DNA of 64,000 nucleotides from Sminthopsis crassicaudata (Eukaryota): contig NC_133618.1 in the NCBI RefSeq assembly GCF_048593235.1, positions 12,626,468 through 12,690,467 of the forward strand, read 5' to 3'. Below, in pieces: positions 22,381 to 34,510 of the stretch (the stretch's first letter is position 1; every line of letters begins with the position of its first letter). The translations under genes were made by a program, and so were the position numbers. The notes under the pieces were generated by a model. It ran no database searches. It worked only from the letters and a program-made list of their open reading frames with translations, and was not told the DNA's origin.

Positions 22381-24289
22381 GGTTATATCCTCACAACAAT
22401 TCTGTAGGTTGGTGCTGTTATTATCCCTATTTTACAGTTGAGGAAACTGAGGCACACGGCTCAGAATCACACAAGTAATAAGTGTCTGACTTCCTGACCA
22501 GGCCCAGGACTCTCTCAACTGATGAGTTCCAACTTGGACACGGTGAATTTGCTCCTGGGACGCCGGACGGTGATGTGTGATGCGCTGTGGGATGTGGATC
22601 TGGAGCTCAGCAGTGAGATTATGGCTAGATCTTTAACCTTGGAGCCTCCTGTGGAGGGTGACAGTTGAGCCTGGGGGAGCTGATGAGATTGCTAGGGGCC
22701 CAGGGCTCAGCCTCGGGGTTCACCCTCATTTTTGGGGCTTCACCCTCACTTTTGGGGCTTCACCCTTACTTAGGGCTTCCTTTGCAGACCTGTGAAGGGA
22801 GAAGTGGTCCGAAAGGTAGGAAGAAAGTTGTGTGAGATGTAGCCATTGGTCTTCTCAGGCTGCTTGAGGGCAGAGCTCAGTTGTAACTGGTAATTCGGTG
22901 CCCGCACCCCAGAATATGGGGGGGGGAGCAGGATCCTGAAGTCCAGAGGCAGGGAGATCACTGAGAAGGAGTGAGCGATCGTTGTTGGCAGATGGGGCAA
23001 AGGGATTAAGAAGGATGAGGCTGGAGGCTTCTCCTTCTTCCAGTGAAAGGATCGTGGGAGACAAGGGCCCCCGTGTAGTGACCGGCAAGCCGAGATGCTC
23101 GTGCCAGGTGCCGCCGGCTGTGGCGTGACGCGGCTCCACCGGGCACCCAGGAGCGCATTAAATGTAGCTCATTGAAACATGGGCGGGGGGCCACGTCAGC
23201 AGCACAAAATAACATTATTGCCTCGGAGACAGAGCTGTCTATTGAGGGCGGCACAATGGGGGCCATTGTGGGGAGGCCCCGGCTGAGGGCAGGAGGGGGC
23301 ACCCTTTGCCCTTTTCTGTTCGGTCTCTAGTTGGGGCCGAGAGCTCTAACTTTTCCAGTATAATCCATGGAGTCGTGATGAGGCGTCCTGGAGGAGTCCT
23401 TGATCTCTGGACTGCTTGTTAGCTGTTTTCTAAGTGCTTAGAAAGTACTAAGATCGGTCAGGAGTCTCAGAGGCTCCAGAAAGCACATCTCACCCATTTT
23501 GCAGAGGAAGAAACTGAGGGTAACAGAAAGGAAGTGACTTCCTTCCAGATACATCTTGTTTGGAGTGACCTGGAGGTGACCTTGGGCTTCCTAATCCAGG
23601 GTCTCTACAGGAAGCAAATAATAATAGTAACAATAAACATCCCTATTTTTTTTTTATTTTTAACATCAACATCATCTTTTTTTACTTATTTATTTTTATT
23701 TTTTAATTTATTTGTAGATTTTTAATTTTTTCTGAGGTCATCCCAGCTCCATTTCTGTGACCCTCCGTCCCTAAGTGAAGCCGAGGGAATCCCCCGTGGA
23801 GCACATTCCCCTCCCCTCTGGAAGTCACCGTAATCCTTAGAAATGGAGATCTGGCCAAGTCTTCGTGCCCTTTCCGGTCCTCCTGACTGACCCACAGCGA
23901 TGGGCTATATAACACCAACCTGGTGCTTCACATTTGCAAAGCTCTTTACAAGCATTCTCCCATTCAGTCCTCACAAAATCCTGGGGGGCAGATGCTCTTG
24001 GTGACCTCATTTCCCAGCTGAGGACGCAGGCTAAGGGCCAGTAAGGATGACCCCTGGCTCGCCCTGTTAGGATTCAGTGGGAGGATTCAAGCTCAGGTCT
24101 TTGCGACTGTCTCAGGGCTGTCGTCACCATCACCATGCCACGCGGCTGAGGTTGGGGGGAGAGTCCTCCGGCCGGAGAGTTACCAGGAACACGGAGAGAG
24201 TTCTTTCCTGTCACAAAACTGCTGCTCTCATTATGTTGGTAAAAATATATATGTATAAATATAAATGGGTATGTATTGAGTTATACATA

Positions 24290-25740
24290 TATATCTCTAG
24301 CTAAATATCTACATCTATCTCTATATCTCCATCTCCAGCTATATTTCTATATCTCCATCTATATATATATATATAATCTGTATAGCTATATCTATACATT
24401 TATATATCTCTGTCTCTATATTTTTCTCTATTTCTCTACAACTCTATCTCTATATCTCTATCTATTTCTATATCTCCATCTCCATCTATATTTCTATCTC
24501 TATATAGCTATATTTCCATCTATATCTATATCTTTATCTACATTTCTATAACTGTATATCTCTACATCTCTATTTATATCTCTTCTCTATCTCTTTCTAT
24601 CTCATCTCTGTCTATCTCTGTATCTGTCTCTATCTCTATCTTTATCTCTACATCTCTATCTGTTTCTCTACATCTATCTCCATTTCTATCTCATTTCTAT
24701 CTCTACATCTATCTCTGTATATCTCTATCTCTATTTCTATCTCATCTCTATCTCTATATCTCTATCTCTATTTATATCTCATCTCTATCTCTGTATATCT
24801 CTATTTCTATCTCATCTCTATCTCTATATCTATCTCTATTTCTATCTCATCTGTTTCTCTGTATATCTCTATCTCTATCTCATCTCTATCTCTGTATATC
24901 TCTATCTCTATTTCATCTCTATCTCTACATCTATCTCTGTATATCTCTATCTCTATTTCTATCTCATCTCTATCTCTGTATATCTCTATCTCTATTTCAT
25001 CTCTATCTCTACATCTATCTCTGTATATCTCTATCTCTATTTCTATCTCATCTCTTTCTCTGTATATCTCTCTCTCTATTTCTATCTCATCTCTATCTCT
25101 ATATCTCTATCTCTATTTCTATCTCATCTCTATCTCTGTATATCTCTATCTCTATTTCTATCTCATCTCTATCTCTGTATGTATCTCTATTTCTATCTCA
25201 TCTCTATCTTTGTATGTCTCTATTTCTATCTCATCTCTATCTCTATATGTCTCTATCTCTACATCTATCTCTGTATATCTCTATCTCTATTTCTATCTCA
25301 TCTCTATCTCTGTATATCTCTATCTCTATTTCATCTCTATCTCTACATCTATCTCTGTATATCTCTATCTCTATTTCTATCTCATCTCTTTCTCTGTATA
25401 TCTCTCTCTCTATTTCTATCTCATCTCTATCTCTATATCTCTATCTCTATTTCTATCTCATCTCTATCTCTGTATATCTCTATCTCTATTTCTATCTCAT
25501 CTCTATCTCTGTATGTATCTCTATTTCTATCTCATCTCTATCTTTGTATGTCTCTATTTCTATCTCATCTCTATCTCTATATGTCTCTATCTCTACATCT
25601 ATCTCTGTATATCTCTATCTCTGTATATCTCTAGCTCTATTTCTATCTCATCTCTATCTCTATATCTGTCTCTATCTCTCCAAATTTATCTCTACATCTC
25701 TATGTTTATATCTCTTTCTATCTTTCTCTCTTTATCTCTC
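24290..25740. repeat. Complex (TCTA/TATCTC)n simple repeat, about 1.45 kb
   Basis: Almost purely T/C/A low-complexity sequence; explains the L/Y/S/I-rich ORFs 25179-26142. Confidence 0.95.
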
Positions 25741-27687
25741 CCTGTCTCTTTTATTCCAGTGAATGCTCTCCAGTGTGTGAGTCAGCTGGGGGAACTTATT
25801 CTACCTTTTAGAAGTGGCCTTTTAGGGATTCCCCTGGCTCCCCGCCAGGCGGTGCAATGCTCAGCATTATTAGATTGCTGGGGGATCAGAGTTGTAATCA
25901 GAAATTCTGGTGCTGATACCCCAAATTATACCCCAGGGCCAGATGCATGGGAGCTTCCTTCAGATCACCTTTTCCCGATAAATTCCCTTGGGATGGGGAG
26001 AGCTGGAGAAAGGGCTTGGGCTTCAGGACACATAACCCTGGTAGGGAAGAGAAGCCAGGATACCAGAAGCCTCCTGCTGGATAGTTCTCTGGGGCCAGGA
26101 GTAGCTTATGTGGAAAGAATCCGGAGCCATTTTAGGAGATAGTGAGCTCCTTGTTGCTAGAGGGATTCAAGGAGAATCCTTTCCCTCTGCCTCGGAGATG
26201 ATATAATCCTTCATTTTGGGGGCCGATTGTGATTTCTTCTCTCTTTTCTGCCTCACATAAGGTTCTGTGTATGTCATATTGCTTTATGATTCTGTGGCAC
26301 AATTTGGCGAGCTGTCGCCCGGTCATTATTTCTAGGATTTTTTGGGCCATTCACAATGGGACAGATTGAGTAGCTTGGACTTTCCCTTGCCTGTGTCAGT
26401 AACGCCCTTGGTATAGTCCTAGGAATCCACTGCTGTCTCTTCTCAGGAAATGATTATTTATTTTCTGGATTTTGAGAACCGGGCTCCTGTCCTTGGCGAA
26501 GCCGCGCGGTCCCAAACCTGCTCCGAGTGACTGGACGGAGGGCCCTGATAATGGCGAGGGTCATTTCCGCCATCTAGAAACAAAGCTGCTTCTTGGCCGG
26601 CCCATTGGAAGGCAGCTCTCATTGAACCTGACTATCTCTCACCCTAATGATGTGGGGATGAGCCATGGGGATGTGGGTCTTGGGGCTGAGCATGTTGACT
26701 CAGTTAAATGAACTCTGAGGCCTTCTGGGAGCTGTTTCCAAGTTCTTTGCCGCCGCTCGACTCTTCCTGCCAGTGTTTTCTACCAGCAGGAGCTTGCCCT
26801 CGGGCTTCTGCCAGCTGCTGCCAACTTCAAAGAGGCGGAAGAGTACACAGCCGTGCCCGTGTCCTGACAGGCCGGCGGCCACTCCATGAAATGAAGGGTT
26901 TTGGAGGGAGGATTTATTTCTTTTAGTTCCTTATCTGTCCATAAATGTGGCTGAGCCCTGAGTGTGCCCAAAAGAGCCCGAGACGGAGCTTCAGCAGCCC
27001 TGGCTCCTGCTCTTGGGTAGTGCTCAGGTTCTGGGACCCCGAATCTCATAAGTAGCTCCCCGTGAATATTTGTGGAACGAATGAACGGATGCCAGCAGTT
27101 GTGTTCTCGGTGTCCATAGTGACCACACCCTGGCGAAGCTGGAACGAACGGCGTCATGGTGTTCTCACACTCATCTTGGGGTTCCCCTACAAGGGGAATG
27201 TCAACTTCTGGAGATTAGCAAGTGCTTCCTTTTTGTCTTTGCTCCCCCAGTGCTCAGCACGGTCCTTGGCGCGTCGGAGGCCCCAAGGAGAGATTTGGGA
27301 ACTTGAATGGTCTTTTGTTGAATTGGTGACTCGGTAGACCCTAGTGCTTGGACCAGGAATTCCTGGTGATTTCTTGTGAAGGTGTTTGAATAAACCTGAA
27401 CCATGCTGGAGGTGCCCTGGCACTCGAAAGCCAAGGTTCTGTTTATCCCTCAGATAAGTGGAAGATTTACCCTGGAGAGAGCTTTTGGAGATGGCCCCCT
27501 TCTGCCCCTATGCCCATCTCTCTCTTCTCCCTTCCATGGGGGACCCAGGCTCTTTATCTCTGGGATTCCCTTCGAGGCTGACGAGAGCATTTTGCACTTG
27601 GGACACTCTCCTTTGACAAGTGAAAAACGGTTGTGGAATGAGGAGCAAGGCTCAGTTATCTTCTCTTTGGATATTTTAGGAATAAAC

Positions 27688-28060
27688 AATGTCTTCTTCT
27701 GAAAGGTCTAGACTAGGAGTAGACTGTATCTCTTGAAAGATCTAGATTATGAGTAGACTATTTTTCTGAAGGTCTAGACTAGGAGTAGACTATCTCTTGA
27801 AAGATCTAGATTATGAGTAGACAATTTATTTTTCTGAAGGTCTAGACTAGGAGTAGACTATCTCTTGAAAGATCTAGATTATGAGTAGACAATGTCTTCT
27901 TCTGAAAGGTCTAGATTAGGAGTAGACTATCTCTTGAAAGATCTAGATTATGAGTAGACAGTGTATTTTTCTGAAAGGTCTAGATTAGGAGTAGACTATC
28001 TCTTGAAAGATCTAGATTATGAGTTGACAATGTATTTCTCTTGAAAGGTCTAGATTAGAG
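27688..28060. repeat. Dimeric minisatellite (about 32+36 bp monomers; 11 monomers)
   Basis: Alternating tgaaaggtctagactaggagtagactatctct / tgaaagatctagattatgagtagacaatgtatttttc; TCTAGA in every monomer. Confidence 0.92.
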
Positions 28061-28694
28061 TCTGGGATTGGATAGAAAGTAGGCTTTGGTCCCCTGAGAG
28101 CTGGAGGAAAACCTGGCTTTGAACACAGACTATTGTTACTTAGTCTCTCAGTGTTTTAGGAAACTATCCAAGTTTCTTGCCCATGGTCACGCAGCCAGTA
28201 TATGTCTGAAGCTGGATTTGAACTCAGGTCTTGATGCCAGGCTCCTCTATCCTCTGCCCTGGGAGTACCTTATCCCAGTGAAGTCAAAAATTTAATCTCA
28301 GTCTTTTGTCTCCCTCTTCCTCTCCTCCCCTCTTCCTTTTCCTGTCTCTGTCTCTCATTCTCTCTGTATATATATGTCCTCCCCACCCCAGTCTCTCTTA
28401 TTCTATCTTATTCTCTCTCTCTGTCTCTGCCTCTGTGTCTCTCTTTTTCTCTTTCTCTTTCTGTCTCTATTTCTCTATCTCTGAATCTGGCTTCCCACTC
28501 CCTCTGTCTCTGTTTCTTTGTCTCTNNNNNNNNNNNNNNNNNNNNNNNNNNNNNNNNNNNNNNNNNNNNNNNNNNNNNNNNNNNNNNNNNNNNNNNNNNN
28601 NNNNNNNNNNNNNNNNNNNNNNNNNNNNNNNNNNNNNNNNNNNNNNNNNNNNNNNNNNNNNNNNNNNNNNNNNNNNNNNNNNNNNNNNNNNCTA

Positions 28695-29040
28695 TCAGGA
28701 TCTTGAGAAAGCTGACTGGCAAAGCTGGGAAGGATCCTAGAGCATGGCACATGTAATGTTGAGGGACCTTAGAACATAGAACAGAGGATGTCAGAGTTAG
28801 GAGAGAACTCAGAACAGAGGACATAGAATTTTGGAACTGAGATGGACTTTAGAACATAGAACAGAGAATGCCAGAGTTAGGAGAGACTTTAGAACAGACA
28901 ATTGTAGAGCTGAGAGGGGCCTTAGAACATAAAACATAGGATTTCAGAGCTGAGAGAGACCTTAGAACATGGGATGTCTGAGCTAGGAGAGACCTTACAA
29001 CATACAGCCGAGAATGCCAGAGTTGGAAGGGATCATTAAG
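28695..29040 (-). repeat. Second diverged array of MIR3/L3 3'-end monomers
   Basis: Repeats of ccttagaacatagaacagag(a)atgccagagt/ctgg/ag..., same family as 18741-19530. Confidence 0.8.
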
Positions 29041-30228
29041 GCTGCGGTGACTGAGCTGGGGGCCACCTTAGAACTTTGGCTGTAGGAGCTGTTCCCGGGC
29101 TTGGGCAGTGCGGTGGAGTCTGAGTTTCCGACATGGGTCTCTCACGCGGCTCTCTTTCGTTTTTCCTTATTTGTTTTCTCTGGAAAATCCAGAGCCGAAG
29201 TTTCTTGACAGCACATCTGGCCCAGCAGATGTGTCACCAGGAAACAGACTCATCATGAAGAGGAGGGGGTTGGAATTGAATTTTCCAGTCCTTTCAGAAC
29301 TCGGGGCCGGTTTTCCCACCGTTCCTCTCTGGCCTGCTTTGTCCGGACTGGCCTTATTCCAGGCTGCCGCCAGGATGCCACCCCCTTTCCTCAGCCTGAC
29401 ACTCACACTGTGCTCCCAAGTGCGGGGGCTCACCCCCGCCTTCCCTGACCTTGTTTACATGGCGCTGGTGTCAGTGATGGACTTCCCCTGCCGGGTCTGA
29501 GAAAGGGAACCATCCTCAGAAAGGGAATGAGGCTGGCCCCGCTCAGCCGGGCCACGGGAGCAGAGATGTACAAGTAGGAAGGGCCTTTGCCATCCTGGAA
29601 GCCGGTGCCCTCACCATGGCGATGAGCTCCTATTGGGGGCCTGCAGAGTCCCATAATTGTACATGTTTCTCCCCTTCCCTTGCCCGATATTTCTGGCTGC
29701 TCTCTCTCTTATTTTCTTTGTTTTAATCATGCTTTTTGTGATAAATCAGCATTCTGGCCCATAGCAGACCTTCTTACTTATAATTGACTTGTGCATTTGG
29801 AACCATGATGCCCAATTTTGTTAGAACTATGTGTAAAATAATAATCACTAGGCTTTGAGTGAGGACCCGAGGATGTCTCATATAGAAAGAAGTACGTGAT
29901 CTCTTTGTGTGCCATCCCTTGTGCCTACTTCTAGGACCACTAACTTAAAGCTAGAACATAACTAAAAGACCACCCCTTATTTTCTTTCTNNNNNNNNNNN
30001 NNNNNNNNNNNNNNNNNNNNNNNNNNNNNNNNNNNNNNNNNNNNNNNNNNNNNNNNNNNNNNNNNNNNNNNNNNNNNNNNNNNNNNNNNNNNNNNNNNNN
30101 NNNNNNNNNNNNNNNNNNNNNNNNNNNNNNNNNNNNNNNNNNNNNNNNNNNNNNNNNNNNNNNNNNNNNNNNNNNNNNNNNNNNNNNNNNNNNNNNNNNN
30201 NNNNNNNNNNNNNNNNNNNNNNNNNNNN

Positions 30229-30361
30229 GAGGCAATTAGGGTTAAGTGACTTGCCCAGGGTCACACAGCCAGGAAGTGTTAAGTGTTTGAGGCCAGATTT
30301 GAACTCAGGCCCTCCTGACTTCAGAGTTAGAGCTCTATCCACTGTGTCACCTAGCTGCCCC
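30229..30361 (-). mobile_element. WSINE1-type tRNA-derived marsupial SINE
   Basis: Reverse complement of ggggcagctaggtgacacagtggatagagc...gagttcaaatc...ctgtgtgaccctgggcaagtcacttaaccc; tail lost in N-gap. Confidence 0.85.
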
Positions 30362-30444
30362 TCCACCCTTTATTTTCCAGATGAAGAATTGAGGCCCAGG
30401 GAGACAATAACTTAGTAGTAGTAATAATAATATTAACAATAAGG

Positions 30445-30660
30445 TGGTCCAATGGAACTGAAGTAGGATAGACCTGAATTCAAATTCAGACTCAGACATT
30501 TACTAGCTGTGTGACTTTGGACAAGTCACTGCATCCTGTCTGCCTCAGTTTCCACATCTGTAAAATGAGCTGGAGAAGGAAATGGTCAACTCCTCCAGTA
30601 TCTTTGCCAAGAATACCCTTCACAGAGAATCTGTTGTGAATGAGATGACTGAACAGCAGC
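30445..30660 (+). mobile_element. MAR1-type CORE-SINE
   Basis: gaattcaaattcagactcagac...ctgtgtgactttggacaagtcac...ctggagaaggaaatggtcaactcctccagtatctttgccaagaa. Confidence 0.8.
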
Positions 30661-31442
30661 AAACCTTAACAGCTGATCACATAAGTGATGTTGGGTATAT
30701 CAAGTAGTTTTATATTTATCTCACTAAATTCTCATAGCATTCTGTGAAATAAGTCCCATTGTTATTCCCATTTTGCAGATGAGAACACTGGGGCAGACAG
30801 GTGAAGTGACTTGTTCCTAGCTAGCTTCCTCATGAGGAAGGAGTTAAATTTTGTTTTTTCTGATTCCAAACCCACAGTTCTAGGCATTTGACTACACTAG
30901 GGTCACACAGAATCAAACTTGAATTCAGGTCTTCCGATTTCAGAACCAGGAGGCGTTCTATTGTACCTGACTGCCTCAACCTCCTTGTTCTTTCTTAGCA
31001 AGTTCTGTAATAGCACAAGGTGTTCTGTACCAAGAGCCAACCGCGTAAGATAGAGTAAGGAAGGGAGGAGGAGTTCTGGGTAGGCTGCGGTATTGCTGGA
31101 TCATGGGGTGTATACAGTTCAGCCACATAAATCACGGTCAATTAAAAACAAAAGCCAATTCCTGATCTTCTGGATTTTGCAGAAGGGGCGAGATGACCTG
31201 GCTTTTGTAGCTGCAGGGAGGATGGACTTTGGGGGATGGAGATGAGGTGCAAAAATGCTTGGAGGTAGGAAATCAGCTGCTCCTTTATTGTCTGCTTTTT
31301 GGCTTTCAAGCCCCCTCAATTTAACTCAGCAAATATCCAGAGGGGACTATTGCACCTAGTGCTACAAAACTGAAACAATAACAATCCCTGGTTACTGTGT
31401 CAGGCACTATGCAAAGTGCAGGGGATACAAAGAAATACAAAA

Positions 31443-31745
31443 GAAGTAGTCCCTGCCCACAAGGAGTTTACACTCTGTGTAAACATTAGTATATATCAGG
31501 GAATACAAAGTAACCAAAAGAAGGAGTCCCTGCCCACAAGGAGTTTACACTCTGTGTAAACATTAGTATATATCAGGGAATACAAAGTAACCAAAAGAAG
31601 GAGTCCCTGCCCACAAGGAGTTTACACTCTGTGTAAACATTAGTATATATCAGGGAATACAAAGTAACCAAAAGAAGTAGTCCCTGCCCACAAGGAGTTT
31701 ACACTCTGTGTAAACATTAGTATATATCAGGGAATTCAAAGTAAC
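31443..31745. repeat. 77-bp tandem repeat x4 inside a reverse-strand L2 fragment
   Basis: ccctgcccacaaggagtttacac starts at 31451, 31528, 31605, 31682 (exact 77-bp period). Confidence 0.95.
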
Positions 31746-31837
31746 CTCTAGAGGAAGCAAGCAGTAAAAATTGGGGAGAGGGGGAGGGGCTTCCTCTAGA
31801 AAGTATCACCTGAAGTGTGCTTTGAAAGAAGCTAGGG

Positions 31838-31953
31838 CGCAGTGGTTAGAACCCCAGCTCTGAAGTCAGGAGGACCTGAGTTCAAATGTGTTAACAATTT
31901 CTAACTGTGTGACCCTGGGCAAGTCACTTAACTGCAATTGCCTCACAGGAAAA
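31838..31953 (+). mobile_element. 5'-truncated WSINE1-type SINE with 13-bp TSD
   Basis: TSD AAAGAAGCTAGGG at 31825-31837 and 31954-31966; B-box gagttcaaatg; short A tail. Confidence 0.85.
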
Positions 31954-33401
31954 AAAGAAGCTAGGGATTCAACATCCTGGAGGTTAGGAGAGCATGGATT
32001 TCCTTGCAAAGTCAGGGAAGCTGGAAATGTGGAGTTGTATATGAGGAATAGAGCTGACCTCTCTCAACTCTGCATGAAATTCCTGTTCTGGGAAAGAAAT
32101 AATGGCATCCACAGGCTGGGTCTCGAGGCATGGAGATTTCATTTCTGAAGGGGGGTGTGCTATGTCCACTGTGGCAGTCATGAAAGAGGGCCATCTCTGT
32201 CTCAGATTTCTACTCTGGGTCCTGGTCCAAGTCTCCAACTCCTTGGCAAGATCCCTTTTGGGGCCATTCCTCATATCGAGCGTTCAGAAGTAAGTGAGCA
32301 CGACCCCTTTCAGCTGGGTGACCGTCCTTTGCCTCCTCCCATGAGCCTTTTCTGCTTCTTGGCTCGGGGGTAGATGGCATGGGTTATCGGTCTGTCAGCC
32401 TTCATGTGGGGGGACGCTTCCGAGTTTCCCATGCTGTCAGGGAGCCAAGCTTGCTTCTGTCTCAGCTGATGACCAGTGACTACCCAGACCCCATCTGGCC
32501 CCCTGAGGCTAAATGTCAAGCTATTCCCATTGGCCCTCACGCTCAACCCATGGCCCAGAGTATTCACCACTGGACGGATTTCCGGTTTGGATGGCTCAGT
32601 AATAAAATGAGGAACGAGCTGTTCTCAGTGACTGAAATGTTCTTTCATCTTCAGCTCTAGCTCTGGGACCCTCCGAGTTCCTTCAAGGCTCAGCTGGAGA
32701 GCCATGGCTCATGGGAGGCCCTTCTTGGTCCTCCTGCTTCTCTCTTTCCCCAATTTACTTTGTAGGGTATAGGAATCTCACTGGGGACTTGGGGATGAGG
32801 AACCTCCCTCATTGCTGATCAGCACCTTCTCCACAACCCGTGACAATTCCTAGCATTTATATCGCTTTAGGATCCGCAAAACACTGGACAGACATCTCAT
32901 TTGATCCTTATCGTGACCTTTGGGGGTATAACTATTATCTTCATCTTCCAAATGAATAAATTGAGGTGATATGACTTGTTCAGTGTCACACCACTGGGGC
33001 CTGAGGCTGAATTGGTGCTCCTTTTGCCTCTGGGTCCCACCCTTTATACATCCTACATCTTAGTGCCAGTCACTCAGTCAACATCCAATGGCTACTCTGT
33101 GCCAGCCACTGTTCTGGGCAGTGGGGATGTAAAAAAGAAGAAGTCGGGCCCCACCCTCAAGGAGCCCACAGTTTAGCTATATAAAAAGAAGAGAGAGAGA
33201 CAGAGACAGACAGAGAAACAGAGAGGATGAGGGCACCCAAAGGGGAATGATAAAGTGCAGAGCAGTGGGCAGTATAGCTGACCTTGAGCCTTCCTGTAAT
33301 GCAGGATCTAAGAGGAGCTCTAGCCTCTCCATTCTGAGCTTGAGGAGAAGGCCCTGAGAGGTTTTTTGGGGAAACACACACACTCAATGACAGTATTTTC
33401 T

Positions 33402-33827
33402 TTTTGTCTTTTTCTTTTTGAAATTGTTTTATTTATTTTTCTGGTTATACATGTACATTTAAAAATATACATTTCTTTACTAATCATGTTGGGAAAGAAA
33501 AATCAGAACAAAAGGGTAAAATCACAAGAGGGAAAATAAACAGGAGAAAAAGAAAAAAAAAAGCAATATAATGTGTTGATTTATATTCAGTCACTTTAGT
33601 TCTTTTTCTGGATGCAGATGGCGTTTTCTGTCCAAAGTCTACTGGGATTGCCTTGGATCACTGAACTGCTGAGAAGAACCAAATCTTTCATAGTTGCTCA
33701 TTGCACATTGTTGCTGTTACTGTATACGATCTATTCCTGCTTCTGCTTGTTTCACTCAGTATCAGTTCATGTAAATCTTCTCAGGCCTTTCTAAAATTGG
33801 CTTGTACATCATTTTTTATAGGATAAT
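33402..33827 (-). mobile_element. 5'-truncated marsupial L1 (426 bp) with perfect 16-bp TSD
   Basis: TSD AATGACAGTATTTTCT at 33386-33401 and 33828-33843; T-rich tail at left; marsupial L1 3' sequence. Confidence 0.9.
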
Positions 33828-34289
33828 AATGACAGTATTTTCTAGAATGAGAGGAGCTTGATTCCTTATGGAAAAGGAGGAAGGAGACTATTTTCTGGGA
33901 GGAGGGAGAGGGTAGTTCAGTGACTATCCAGGATCACACAGTCAGGATGTTTCCATGGTGAGACTTGAACTCAGGTCTTCTGGGCTCAGAGACCAGCTCT
34001 TTGTCCTATGCTGCTCTTTTGGATGTTTTTGATGTTTACTTCTATGGGTATATAGTTTTCTCCACAAAATGTAAGCTGCTTGAGGGTGGGTCTGTTTCCT
34101 TTTTATCTTGGTAACCTTCCTGTCNNNNNNNNNNNNNNNNNNNNNNNNNNNNNNNNNNNNNNNNNNNNNNNNNNNNNNNNNNNNNNNNNNNNNNNNNNNN
34201 NNNNNNNNNNNNNNNNNNNNNNNNNNNNNNNNNNNNNNNNNNNNNNNNNNNNNNNNNNNNNNNNNNNNNNNNNNNNNNNNNNNNNNCTA

Positions 34290-34510
34290 GTTTCTAGCAC
34301 TGCCTCTGCAGTCAGAGGGCTACAGTTCAAATTCAGCCTCTAACACTATTTACCTTTGTGATATTAGGTAAATTGAGATCCCTGAACCTCAGTTTCCTCA
34401 TGTGTAAAATGAGGATAATAGTGTTCACTTCACAGGGTTGCTGTAAGATTAAAATGAGATTAAAATGTGTGAAGTTCTTTGCAGTTCTCAAAGTGATATA
34501 AGAATCATCA
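34290..34510 (+). mobile_element. MIR SINE
   Basis: gttcaaattcagcctc...cctcagtttcctcatgtgtaaaatgaggataata...cacagggttgctgtaagattaaaatgag. Confidence 0.75.

Noticed and set aside
25179-26142. L/Y/S/I-rich ORFs up to 310 aa
   Set aside because: Derived from the TCTA simple repeat.
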